From the IMG/VR virus record IMGVR_UViG_2654587674_000003: DNA of 64,000 nt; one strand, written 5' to 3'. The position numbers and the translations under genes were made by a program. The number at the start of each line of letters is the position of its first letter. The first letter of the stretch is position 1. The DNA comes from a virus (taxonomy: Duplodnaviria; Heunggongvirae; Uroviricota; Caudoviricetes). The notes under the pieces were generated by a model, which was given only the letters and a program-made list of their open reading frames with translations, had not been told where the DNA came from and searched no databases. Positions 47,244-56,230 of the stretch are shown piece after piece.

Positions 47244-47933
47244 ATGAAAGAACGCGGGATGATTTTTAACGATGAGATGGTCAGGGCCATCCTCGAAGGA
47301 AGGAAGACGCAGACTCGCCGACCTGTAAAAAATGTCAGGGCCGATAACTGCCTGGTTATCCGTAAACCGACAAAGAAACGCAATGGTATCTATACCCACG
47401 TTATGGATGCACCTGAACATGGTTTATGCCCGTTCGGTAACGTTGGTGATCGCATATGGGTCCGTGAGGCGTGGGCGATATTAGGCAATGAGGATGGTTG
47501 CAGTGTGGACTGGAACGACAACCTTTGTCGTGGCGATGAGAAGAACGCAGCAAGGATTTATCGGGCCAGTTGTGAGCAAAAGCCGGGTGATTACGGCTTG
47601 TGGTCGATACCCGATGATGCCGACTGGAAACCTCACACTGTGAATGAAAAATTTGATGGCGGGTGGTGTCCATCAATTCACATGCCGCGCTGGGCATCGC
47701 GCATTCTTCTGGAAATTACCAACGTGCGCGTTGAGCGGTTGAACGATATCAGCGAATGCGATGCAAGGGCTGAGGGCGCACCAACAGAATCGACCCTCAT
47801 TGGCGATAAGCATTACCCAAGTTTCCGTAGCCTATGGAAATCAATTTATGGCGAAGATAGTTGGAACGCTAATCCTTGGGTGTGGGTAATCGAGTTTAAG
47901 CGTATTCAGGGGGCAACCAGTGAGCAAAATTAA
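47244..47933 (+). CDS. ASCH/PUA-like domain phage protein
   Basis: ATG 47244 with GAGGTGG RBS; N-terminal MIFNDEMVRAILEGRKTQTRRP pattern. Confidence 0.45.
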   Translation: MKERGMIFNDEMVRAILEGRKTQTRRPVKNVRADNCLVIRKPTKKRNGIYTHVMDAPEHGLCPFGNVGDRIWVREAWAILGNEDGCSVDWNDNLCRGDEKNAARIYRASCEQKPGDYGLWSIPDDADWKPHTVNEKFDGGWCPSIHMPRWASRILLEITNVRVERLNDISECDARAEGAPTESTLIGDKHYPSFRSLWKSIYGEDSWNANPWVWVIEFKRIQGATSEQN

Positions 47934-48102
47934 CTATCAAGAACTGCGCGAGGCGGCGGAACAGGCAACGCAAGATGAATGGGTAGCATATATTTTGCCG
48001 GTCATAACGGCATTTATCCTGCGCGCACGTCTGAGGGTAGGCATTGCGGATACTTTATTGACTGGCCTGGCGTCTGTCAGGGGCGGGAGAGCATCAGCAT
48101 GA
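47920..48102 (+). CDS. Short ORF (60 aa) whose N-terminus parallels that of the 48509 gene; possible remnant
   Basis: MSKINYQELREAAE versus MSKIDYQKLREIAE; translationally coupled both sides. Confidence 0.3.
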   Translation: MSKINYQELREAAEQATQDEWVAYILPVITAFILRARLRVGIADTLLTGLASVRGGRASA

Positions 48103-48512
48103 GCATCAGAACCTACGCAGTGAATTGCAATGACGCATGGCTAAACACCGAAGGTGATGACATCTCCGGCTCATACGTTAAGTACAAAGACCATCAGGAA
48201 GTGGTTGCCGCTCTTGAGGCCAGGTGCGCGGCGCTGGCAGCGGAGAATGCGGCGCTTAAACAGTCGGAGAAGGAATTTAATAACTTCTGTCGTCAGGAGT
48301 ACTACGGTTGGGAGGACAACTTCACGGAAACCCCAGCTACCGACGCTCTCCTGGCTGAAGTACGTGCGCAGGGGGTGGATATGGCTCGTAACGCGATGAT
48401 TGATTTTGTTGATGGTGAAGTTGGGCCAAACAAGAACGTTCCGGGGCTGATTAGAGGCGCAGAGATATGCGTAAGTATTGCTGAACAGCTTCGCGAAGGA
48501 GGCAACCAGTGA
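48099..48512 (+). CDS. Mosaic paralog family member 4
   Basis: ATG 48099 with GGGAGAG; AALAAENAALK; C-terminal ATDALLAEVRAQG...AEQLREGGNQ. Confidence 0.5.
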   Translation: MSIRTYAVNCNDAWLNTEGDDISGSYVKYKDHQEVVAALEARCAALAAENAALKQSEKEFNNFCRQEYYGWEDNFTETPATDALLAEVRAQGVDMARNAMIDFVDGEVGPNKNVPGLIRGAEICVSIAEQLREGGNQ

Positions 48513-48955
48513 GCAAGATTGATTATCAAAAGCTTCGTGAAATCGCTGAAAAAACAAAAATTGCTGGTGAAGCACCTGTAATGCCTTTCGATCAGCGAAT
48601 TAATGCGCTTAACGATTTTATGAAGCACTTTTCGCCAGATATCGCGCTGGCATTGTTGGATGAACGGGAAAGAAACCAGCAATACATCAAACGCCGCGAC
48701 CAGGAGAACGAGGATATTGCGCTAACGGTAGGGAAGTTGCGCGTTGAGCTTGAGGCAGAAAAACAGCGGGCAAAGGATCTGTTTATGGAAAATACTCGGC
48801 TTAAGTCAGGTATAGCCGGTCTGATACACCTCGGTATTCGATATGCAGATGTTGATGTCATGAAAATTGCTGGAGATGCCCAGCTTTCTACCCCATGCAC
48901 TGACAGCATCATAAACAGCATTGCAACAGGCATTCGCATCAACGGAGGTGAGTAG
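48509..48955 (+). CDS. Coiled-coil protein sharing helical segments with the paralog family (148 aa)
   Basis: GTG start overlapping upstream stop; LTVGKLRVELEAEKQRAKD. Confidence 0.45.
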   Translation: MSKIDYQKLREIAEKTKIAGEAPVMPFDQRINALNDFMKHFSPDIALALLDERERNQQYIKRRDQENEDIALTVGKLRVELEAEKQRAKDLFMENTRLKSGIAGLIHLGIRYADVDVMKIAGDAQLSTPCTDSIINSIATGIRINGGE

Positions 48956-49127
48956 TGCGTGTGGCATGTATTGGCTTGTTACCGTACCCGACTCGTTTTT
49001 GGGCTTCTGCGCTAATTGCAAAGCCGTATGTCCTGATGGCTGACAACATCATCCCGGCACCAAAGCGCCGCCATACCGGTATTGCAGCGGCACGACGAGC
49101 AGCAAAGAGACGCAGGAGAGCAAAGCG

Positions 49128-49304
49128 ATGAAAAACCGTAAGGCAAAACGACTTTTTTTACAGCGACCTGTGCGTGTGGTGGAGCTGGTTATTAGCAACC
49201 ATAAGATAGCGGTACTCCATCCATTTGGTCAGGTGGCTTTTGCCGCAAAGCGTAAGCCTACTGCGTCACAGAACAGGCGGAAGAAAGGGTACGCTGTAAG
49301 ATGA
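49128..49304 (+). CDS. 58-aa basic small protein (MKNRKAK...)
   Basis: Start sequence ATGAAAAACCGTAAGGCAAAA duplicated at 49301; stop overlaps next ATG; below track cutoff. Confidence 0.25.
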   Translation: MKNRKAKRLFLQRPVRVVELVISNHKIAVLHPFGQVAFAAKRKPTASQNRRKKGYAVR

Positions 49305-49489
49305 AAAACCGTAAAGCAAAGATTCTGTTAGTTCGTAGAAACGCTCCTGGCGTCTGGCAGTGGGTGAGACTCAGCAACCGACGGATGGGGTTGATGAAAT
49401 ATTACGGGATGATGGATTGTGGTTTTTGCAAAAAGCCCAGCGCGGCGCAAAACCGCTGGAAAAACCACTTGCGCACTAAAGGAGAGTGA
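49301..49489 (+). CDS. 62-aa basic small protein (MKNRKAK... paralog)
   Basis: Tandem paralog of the preceding ORF. Confidence 0.3.
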   Translation: MKNRKAKILLVRRNAPGVWQWVRLSNRRMGLMKYYGMMDCGFCKKPSAAQNRWKNHLRTKGE

Positions 49490-49490
49490 T

Positions 49491-49700
49491 ATGGCTATTG
49501 CCGCAAGTTACACAATGCATCTCTATTGTGACTGCCGCCAGTGTACGGAAGGTGTATATCCAGTGCCAGACTTCGGTGAGTATATAGGTACGTCATGGGC
49601 TGGCTGTGCAAAAGAGGCGCGCAAGGATGGCTGGCGAATAAGCAAAGACAAAACGCGTGCTTTTGCGCCCGGGCATAAAGTTTTGAGGATTAACAAATGA
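49491..49700 (+). CDS. Cys-rich small protein (69 aa)
   Basis: ATG 49491 with GGAGAG RBS; ATGA overlap with the next gene. Confidence 0.35.
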   Translation: MAIAASYTMHLYCDCRQCTEGVYPVPDFGEYIGTSWAGCAKEARKDGWRISKDKTRAFAPGHKVLRINK

Positions 49701-51313
49701 CCACTATTACCAGAGAACAAGCTCTGAAAATTATTGAGGCAGCCGATGAGGTTATTAGTGCGCTTGCCGGAACTAACGAGGATGTTCACCCTGGTAGCGA
49801 TAACATGCTACGCCTGTGGGATGACCTGAATGACCGTTACGCGCCGCCGGAAGTTGTGCGTGAGCTGGCACGAATTGCACTGGCATCGCTGGAAGCAGAA
49901 CCAGTTAAACGAGTTAACTCAGATCAGATGCGCCGAGTCTGCTTAGAAGCTAATCGCCATTTAGATAAATATGACGCGATGGCGAAAGAGGTAAATAAGT
50001 TGCTTGGACGCATCGCCCCGCCAGCACCGGTAGTGCCTGAAGAAGCAACTCCGGAAAACGTAGAAATGCTCTCTGGCTATGTTTCAACGTACAAATTAAC
50101 CGATAGCGAGCGCGATATTGCTGCCGAAATATGGAACGCCTGCCGCGCCGCCATGCTTCAGTCCGGAAACTTTCGGGAAAACAAGAATTCGTCAACCAAT
50201 AATTTTCGGGAAATCGCGGAAACGTCAACCAGCTATCCGGCAATTCCTAGTGAGGTGTTGTCCGCAATCCTGAAGGTTGCCAGGATTCGTGCCGATTTCG
50301 ATGATTTTGACGGTGACAGGCGAGGTATCGGTGATTGTCTGGATGAGGCCGAGCAAGAGCTTATCGTTACCATTAACAAATATGCCAGTCAGTTGGCAGC
50401 AGAACCGATAGCGGCTAATGACGTTCGAGAGCAGCAGACAGCCGTTCCGCCAGTTCCAGAAATACAGGCTGATGTCGCGCAAGCAATTGAAAATCTCAAG
50501 CAGAAGTTAGTGGAATGCAATCGCTATAACTACTGCGCAGATGCAGTTAAAGGCGTAGAGGATGCCAGCCGCGTCTTGGCACTCCAAAATCAAAATATGT
50601 CAGCACCGGTAACGCCGGAGGCCATTGAAAACGCAATTGAATATATCCGCAGTATCGCTTTTCACATCGATGAAGACGATTACCACGGCAAGCATATTGC
50701 GTATTTCATGCGACAAGCATTGGCCTGGCTGGAAGGGCATTCATGCAGCGACGACAGGCTGGGTAAGGCCGACAATCAACCCGCATCTGGTAACCAGGCT
50801 GCCGAATCCAATCGCGGTAATGAGTGGACCGGCAATCCTGATATTGATAACGCCATCATCATGCTCGACCGCATAGATACGGCGGAAAGTTGCGATGATG
50901 ACCGTATTGAGGCCGTTAAGGCTGTGTTGCGTAGACTGGCAGGCAACTATCCGGATATTCCGGATAGTTCGGTGCCAGCGCCAGGAAAGGGCGTCACCGG
51001 TGAACGTATCCGCATTAAGCCGCATGTTTATCGCGAACTGGTTAACCGTCTCCACGATACAGCGATCAAGTGTGCTGGCACCCAGCAATTACGAGAAAGA
51101 ATTAGCCGTGTTTTGGGCGACGTTATTACACCAGATCATCATAAACAAGCCGAGAAAAGTGGCCTGGAAAGGTGTCGCCTTGAGGCGGCATTAAACATTA
51201 AGCCGGGGCATACGCTTGGCATTATTGATGCACTATTGGTTCATAAGATGGCCAGGGCTTTATTGCCGCTGGTGGCTGAAAAGCATGAGGTGGACCATGC
51301 CAACGAAAGCTGA
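49697..51313 (+). CDS. Large hypothetical protein (538 aa)
   Basis: C-terminal PHVYRELVNRLHDTAIKCAGTQQLRERIS shared with the DUF4406-like protein. Confidence 0.5.
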   Translation: MTTITREQALKIIEAADEVISALAGTNEDVHPGSDNMLRLWDDLNDRYAPPEVVRELARIALASLEAEPVKRVNSDQMRRVCLEANRHLDKYDAMAKEVNKLLGRIAPPAPVVPEEATPENVEMLSGYVSTYKLTDSERDIAAEIWNACRAAMLQSGNFRENKNSSTNNFREIAETSTSYPAIPSEVLSAILKVARIRADFDDFDGDRRGIGDCLDEAEQELIVTINKYASQLAAEPIAANDVREQQTAVPPVPEIQADVAQAIENLKQKLVECNRYNYCADAVKGVEDASRVLALQNQNMSAPVTPEAIENAIEYIRSIAFHIDEDDYHGKHIAYFMRQALAWLEGHSCSDDRLGKADNQPASGNQAAESNRGNEWTGNPDIDNAIIMLDRIDTAESCDDDRIEAVKAVLRRLAGNYPDIPDSSVPAPGKGVTGERIRIKPHVYRELVNRLHDTAIKCAGTQQLRERISRVLGDVITPDHHKQAEKSGLERCRLEAALNIKPGHTLGIIDALLVHKMARALLPLVAEKHEVDHANES

Positions 51314-51581
51314 ATTACAGGTGCGCGTAGATGAGCTTGAAAAAGAGAACGCGAGCCTCAAAAAAATGCTGTCGCGGGCGGAAAGGGAATTATCAGGCAA
51401 ATTATTGCCAGAAGAACTGCCACCAGCAGATATACCTGATCGAGTGTCCTGGTGGATGAAGTATTTCCGTGCACCGTGGGAGGCGTTTTGGTGCTACGAC
51501 CATCGCAGATGGTGTGATGAACTTGATAGCAATTTTCCCTACTTTGCGGAAGGGAACACCTGCCCTCAATGCAGGGGATAG
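51297..51581 (+). CDS. Small coiled-coil protein with C-terminal CPQC motif (94 aa)
   Basis: ATG 51297 with GAGGTGG RBS. Confidence 0.4.
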   Translation: MPTKAELQVRVDELEKENASLKKMLSRAERELSGKLLPEELPPADIPDRVSWWMKYFRAPWEAFWCYDHRRWCDELDSNFPYFAEGNTCPQCRG

Positions 51582-51948
51582 CATTTGACGAAATCGATCA
51601 CCCTATCCTGAACTTCAGAAAGAAGGTCTTTTTCACGCGCCAGGACGTCAGGATATTGACGTTCTGGCCTTACCAGATGCCGGAGCTTCCCATTAAGCAG
51701 AATGGCCTCAGAAAACACTTTTACGCTGTGCTTTATCCCCTCTGTTTCACTTTTCAGCGTCAAAATAAAGCGCAATTGCTTATTAGCCTGATTCGGATTC
51801 AATACACGAATTTGCAGTTCGTCTATGCTGTTTCGCAATGGGATTGATGCCACCACACTGGTGCAGTCTCTGATTGTCTGAATTGAACGGCTAACATTGA
51901 GAACGTTATTGTGCATGTGCCTGATCCACTAACTCCTGGAGGTTTCTT

Positions 51949-52200
51949 GTGTCAGATCGAAATATAGCAGCTAAAAGCCAGGAAGAGCGAGACAAGGTGA
52001 ACGTAGACCTTGCCGCCAGCGGCGTTGCTTACAAAGAACGGCTGAATATACCTGTGATTGCAGAGCAGGTGGCCCGTGAGCAACCGGAAAACCTGCGCGC
52101 CTATTTCATGGAACGGCTACGGCACTACCGGCAGTTAAGCCTCCAGTTGCCAAAAGGGAGCGATCCGGTGTATCAGAACGAGGATGCACCAAAAAAATAA
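51949..52200 (+). CDS. hot: Hot: homolog of DNA polymerase III theta subunit (HolE-like)
   Basis: [43 protein letters not shown] aligns with E. coli theta as recalled; GTG start with GGAGG. Confidence 0.7.
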   Translation: MSDRNIAAKSQEERDKVNVDLAASGVAYKERLNIPVIAEQVAREQPENLRAYFMERLRHYRQLSLQLPKGSDPVYQNEDAPKK

Positions 52201-52285
52201 CGGCAAGATGGGGGAGAAATGTGATTAGCCCCCAGCGTGGCGCGCCTACAAACCCCGCTTTCACAAACTATGCCTTTTCAATGTA

Positions 52286-52305
52286 TACTGTATGAATAAA
52301 CAGTA
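52286..52305 (+). promoter_or_regulatory. LexA (SOS) box upstream of humD
   Basis: TACTGTATGAATAAACAGTA fits CTGT-N8-ACAG. Confidence 0.75.
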
Positions 52306-52323
52306 TCATTGAGGTAAAACGCT

Positions 52324-52713
52324 ATGGGCTTCCCTTCTCCTGCGGCGGATTATGTTGAAAGCCGAATTTCTCTTGATCAGCAGATAATTAGACATCCTTC
52401 AGCGACCTACTTCATGCGGGCAGCTGATAGCCATCACCGTGAGGGAATATTGCAGGGTGCTTTGCTGGTGGTTGATTCCTCGCTTACTCCGGTTGATGGT
52501 TCTCTGCTTGTGTGCGCTATGGAGGGTGAATATCGCATAAAGAGATACAGGAAGTATCCGCGCCAGCACCTGGAGGACTTAAGCACCGGGAAGAAAGAGG
52601 CGTTACCAGTAGATGACGATGGATACACGGGCAGTAATGCTGTTTTTGGTGTGATCACTCATGTCATCAATGATGCCCGAAGTGGGGAATTTGATGATTG
52701 TCCGGTTATTTAA
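52324..52713 (+). CDS. humD: HumD: UmuD'-like protein
   Basis: GFPSPAADYVE...HPSATYF matches UmuD without the N-terminal arm. Confidence 0.75.
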   Translation: MGFPSPAADYVESRISLDQQIIRHPSATYFMRAADSHHREGILQGALLVVDSSLTPVDGSLLVCAMEGEYRIKRYRKYPRQHLEDLSTGKKEALPVDDDGYTGSNAVFGVITHVINDARSGEFDDCPVI

Positions 52714-52755
52714 GCTGCAAAGTGCTGGTGCTTTATGCCTGTGAAGTTTATAATT

Positions 52756-52776
52756 GTGTACACATAACGAGTACAC
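52756..52776 (+). promoter_or_regulatory. phd-doc operator palindromes (GTGTACAC ... GAGTACAC)
   Basis: Palindromic octamers just upstream of the phd RBS. Confidence 0.6.
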
Positions 52777-52785
52777 GAGGTGTTT

Positions 52786-53007
52786 ATGCAATCCATTAAC
52801 TTCCGTACCGCGCGTGGCAACCTTTCTGAAGTGCTCAACAATGTTGAAGCCGGGGAAGAGGTTGAAATCACCCGCAGAGGCCGTGAGCCAGCAGTAATTG
52901 TCAGCAAGGCTACTTTTGAAGCCTACAAAAAAGCGGCGCTGGATGCCGAATTTGCATCCCTGTTTGACACCCTGGACTCCACCAACAAGGAACTGGTTAA
53001 CCGATAA
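52786..53007 (+). CDS. phd: Phd antitoxin
   Basis: [49 protein letters not shown]... matches P1 Phd as recalled. Confidence 0.85.
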
Positions 53008-53387
53008 TGAGGCATATATCACCGGAAGAACTTATTGCGCTTCATGATGCGAATATAAGCCGCTACGGCGGCCTGCCGGGAATGTCAGATCCGGGTAGGG
53101 CAGAGGCCATTATCGGGAGAGTTCAGGCCAGAGTTGCCTACGAAGAGATCACCGACCTTTTCGAAGTCTCCGCCACCTACCTGGTGGCTACGGCGAGAGG
53201 GCATATATTCAATGATGCCAATAAGCGTACCGCGCTAAACAGTGCGCTGCTATTTCTACGCCGTAACGGTATACAGGTATATGATTCTCCCGTGCTGGTG
53301 GAACTTGCGGTGGGGGCCGCAACTGGTGAAATCCCCGTATCTTCAGTAGCGGAAAAACTACGTGAATTATTTGGTTCCAATATTTGA
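53007..53387 (+). CDS. doc: Doc toxin (Fic-family kinase)
   Basis: 126 aa; Fic-type motif HIFNDANKR; TAATG overlap with phd. Confidence 0.85.
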
Positions 53388-53390
53388 AAA

Positions 53391-53416
53391 GAAGCCCGCT
53401 CAACCAGGCGGGCTTC
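53391..53416. terminator. Hairpin between convergent doc and the minus-strand operon
   Basis: GAAGCCCGC-n8-GCGGGCTTC; T-rich on the minus-strand side. Confidence 0.6.
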
Positions 53417-53422
53417 CTACTA

Positions 53423-54517
53423 TCACTCAATGATTTTTTCTGCTGTCAGCCAGCTAATTTCTTGCCTGTCTTTCGGCGGTTTTAGCATGTGGGCGTATTC
53501 AGCGACATTCTCCCACGAAATTGTTTTTGCCCACTCAACGATAGCATTGTGATCTGCAGTGAAGAGTGGAATGGTGTGCGATTTCAACCATTCTAATGTC
53601 GTGACGCCATGTTTTTTGGCGTGGTGCTGCGCATGATGCCGGGCTATCACTCGTAATGGTATTGTCCATTCACTACCATCAGGCATCGAAAAGCGCATTG
53701 TCTTCGGCATATCTGATTCAAGAACAGCCTCCCTAATACCAGGGAACTCACCAAGAATCATACGACGATAGTCATCACTATTTCGCCCGCCATACCTTTC
53801 GGCAAAATGATCAAGATATTCTTGGGTAATAAATGGTGAATCCTCCGCACTCAGCTTAATGGCTTTATATACACCACTCGGATTATCTTCAGCTAAAGCA
53901 CGTCCATGATGTGAATCATAAAAAAAGCCTATTTCCTCTGGTGACGGAATTGAAGTGAGCAATATGCGTGAATCACCACTAGTCATGCTTGCCCACACAA
54001 TGCTGTATGCCTGATCGCTGATATGTGCGGAATCCACAATAATGAATAAAAGATGGTCGGCGTAGTGACCTGCAATGCTATCTTCATAGTTAAGGCGGAA
54101 GTTACAAAAGCACATTCCCCAAAATTCATTGAACATCAGACCGCTATCACCGACCTTAAAATACTCAATGATAAAAGGTTGTTTTTTCAGCAATGCCTCC
54201 CAACATTGCCACACATATGCAACAATTCCTCTTTTGCAAACATTTGATTTTGGATAAACAATTACTGTCCGGGAATCAGGATACATAATCGTATAAAGGG
54301 TACTAATAACAGCAAGCACTTGCGGTCGTCCGATCCCATACGGAGTGGTGACAGTAGCTTTTGCATTATTGGGCTGTATAGCTTCAACAATTTGTTGTTG
54401 CTGGTGGCTTAAATCAATATCAAACAATTCTTTTGCTGCCAGTACCCAATTGTCTTTATATTTCTCCACCAGCGACAGCCAGCGCGGATCTTTATAAATA
54501 TTGCTCTTAGTCGCCAT
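53423..54517 (-). CDS. Terminase-large-subunit ATPase-domain paralog with degenerate Walker A/B; no nuclease domain
   Basis: Colinear similarity to the pacB product (HQQQQI, FYDSHH, YGGR, GxFP) but SGHGTGKS is replaced by TPYGIGRP and LILDEASG by FIIVDSAH; ATG 54515-54517 with AAGGAAG RBS. Confidence 0.55.
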   Translation of the reverse strand: MATKSNIYKDPRWLSLVEKYKDNWVLAAKELFDIDLSHQQQQIVEAIQPNNAKATVTTPYGIGRPQVLAVISTLYTIMYPDSRTVIVYPKSNVCKRGIVAYVWQCWEALLKKQPFIIEYFKVGDSGLMFNEFWGMCFCNFRLNYEDSIAGHYADHLLFIIVDSAHISDQAYSIVWASMTSGDSRILLTSIPSPEEIGFFYDSHHGRALAEDNPSGVYKAIKLSAEDSPFITQEYLDHFAERYGGRNSDDYRRMILGEFPGIREAVLESDMPKTMRFSMPDGSEWTIPLRVIARHHAQHHAKKHGVTTLEWLKSHTIPLFTADHNAIVEWAKTISWENVAEYAHMLKPPKDRQEISWLTAEKIIE

Positions 54518-55274
54518 CTGCCACTTCCTTAACTTCTTCTTTGGCCTGTTCTGCAATCGCCGCACGGCATTTCGCCCTGGCTGTAGCGATTGCTTCAGCT
54601 CGCACATCGTCTGGAATCGTTGACGTGATATACATATCCAGTTCTTCGGCACGGAATACTGTTTGGTCCAGATATTCGCGTAGCATCCAGGTAAATTCGA
54701 AATCACACGCGATAATCTCTGCGCTACCTTCTGCACCATTTGGGAAATGAATAAATGCCTGTTTAGCCAAACCGATAACACGACATGCGGTTGCCAAAAC
54801 AGCGACAACCAGGTTTACATTTTCACACGCTACGGGCTGGTTAACGCCGGAGATTACTCCATTTAACTGTCGGTTATATGGAAGGTAGTTTGAGATGCGT
54901 TCTACGCGCCATGTGCCAGTCAGGCTGCCATTTTTAAATATAATTGGTGTAACGGATAGCCCAAGCTCGCGTATAAGTCGTTGCGCTATAGCAGGATCAT
55001 TAAACAGGTCTAATGCTACACATTCGAAAGACTGCGCAAGGGCAAACAGTTCTTCCAGAGAGTAGTCTTTGCCCCTGGCGGTGATGTAACGACGAACGCC
55101 GCTGTCTGCATCACTCCATATAGCTACGCCATGCTCTTCATTCAGCTCTTCATTAAAGCCGAGATACGTCATGATAGTGCGTTCAATCGTGTCAAACGGC
55201 AGTGACATGTCGGCGTTAACAGCCACCAGCAGGCCATTACGCAAGCGGTATTGAATTGTTTTAGTGCTTTCCAT
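54507..55274 (-). CDS. Hypothetical protein (255 aa)
   Basis: ORF in tightly packed operon. Confidence 0.5.
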   Translation of the reverse strand: MESTKTIQYRLRNGLLVAVNADMSLPFDTIERTIMTYLGFNEELNEEHGVAIWSDADSGVRRYITARGKDYSLEELFALAQSFECVALDLFNDPAIAQRLIRELGLSVTPIIFKNGSLTGTWRVERISNYLPYNRQLNGVISGVNQPVACENVNLVVAVLATACRVIGLAKQAFIHFPNGAEGSAEIIACDFEFTWMLREYLDQTVFRAEELDMYITSTIPDDVRAEAIATARAKCRAAIAEQAKEEVKEVADGD

Positions 55275-55280
55275 GTCAAA

Positions 55281-55721
55281 TCACTCCACAACAAACCAGT
55301 CACAGGCCAGCAGGTCGCCAACTGAAGGCACCCACGGAACAACTACACCTTGTGCATTTTTTAAGGCGAAATAAGCACCATACGGAACGAGGTCGCCGGG
55401 GAAATATCCCTTAATGGCTTCCATTCGTGCCGGGTACTGTCCTTCAGGAACCAGCCAGCAGAATTGGTTTTCGCCGTTCCACCCGCGTCGAGCAACTTTC
55501 TTGCCTTCCTTCAGCCACATCAGCGCGTCTGAAAAGTCGGCTGCTTCAAGGTCGATTTCTTCTTGCTGGGTGGTGATGCCACCAGCAGAAATAGTTACGC
55601 TCCCGGTAAGATTAATCATCACGCCGTTGTCATCCGTAATGATGACCGTGGTTCCATTTTTTTTGTGAGCTTTGTATTTGGGACGGAACTTAAAAAGCTC
55701 TTTCGTTGCCATGTTATTCAT
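55281..55721 (-). CDS. Hypothetical protein (146 aa)
   Basis: ORF in operon. Confidence 0.5.
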   Translation of the reverse strand: MNNMATKELFKFRPKYKAHKKNGTTVIITDDNGVMINLTGSVTISAGGITTQQEEIDLEAADFSDALMWLKEGKKVARRGWNGENQFCWLVPEGQYPARMEAIKGYFPGDLVPYGAYFALKNAQGVVVPWVPSVGDLLACDWFVVE

Positions 55722-55735
55722 AGTCTTTTCTCTGC

Positions 55736-56230
55736 TTATAACTTTTCGTACTGAAGCGGTGAACGCTTAATTTCAAAGTGGCCTTCCGATGTGCTACCAA
55801 AGCCACCAGCACCACGCTCCGTTTCGTTGAGTTCCTCAACCTCGACTAGTGAGACTTGTTCAACACGCTCAAAAATTCCTTGCATGACAGCCATTCCAGG
55901 CTTGAGACAAACGCCTTCCCCGCCTGGATCAGTAATCAGTTTTGCCATGATTTCGCCGCGATAATCGGAGTCGATAATTCCTACGCAGTTAGCCAGGCGA
56001 GTATGTTTTTTGCAGCCCAATCCTGATCGCGGATAGAGTTTCAGACACCAGCCGGGCGGGATCTCCATAGCCAGTCCGGTATACACCCACCAGCTTGAGG
56101 AAATTGCACCATTGCTATCGACGCATGGTTTTATTTCAACAGCCTCAAAATCCATCGCCGCCGATCCGGAGGTGGCATAAGCTGGAAGTTTTGCTGCCGG
56201 ATGTAGGCGTTTCACTTTTACGTAAATCAT
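55736..56230 (-). CDS. dut: dUTP diphosphatase (dUTPase)
   Basis: Motif III GIIDSDYRGE and C-terminal RGxGGFGSTS. Confidence 0.7.
   Translation of the reverse strand: MIYVKVKRLHPAAKLPAYATSGSAAMDFEAVEIKPCVDSNGAISSSWWVYTGLAMEIPPGWCLKLYPRSGLGCKKHTRLANCVGIIDSDYRGEIMAKLITDPGGEGVCLKPGMAVMQGIFERVEQVSLVEVEELNETERGAGGFGSTSEGHFEIKRSPLQYEKL

Noticed and set aside
54518-54808. N-terminal 97-codon extension of the terminase-paralog ORF as given in the track
   Set aside because: Extension overlaps the upstream gene and lacks an RBS; an internal ATG at 54515-54517 has AAGGAAG and marks the start of the conserved terminase-like region.
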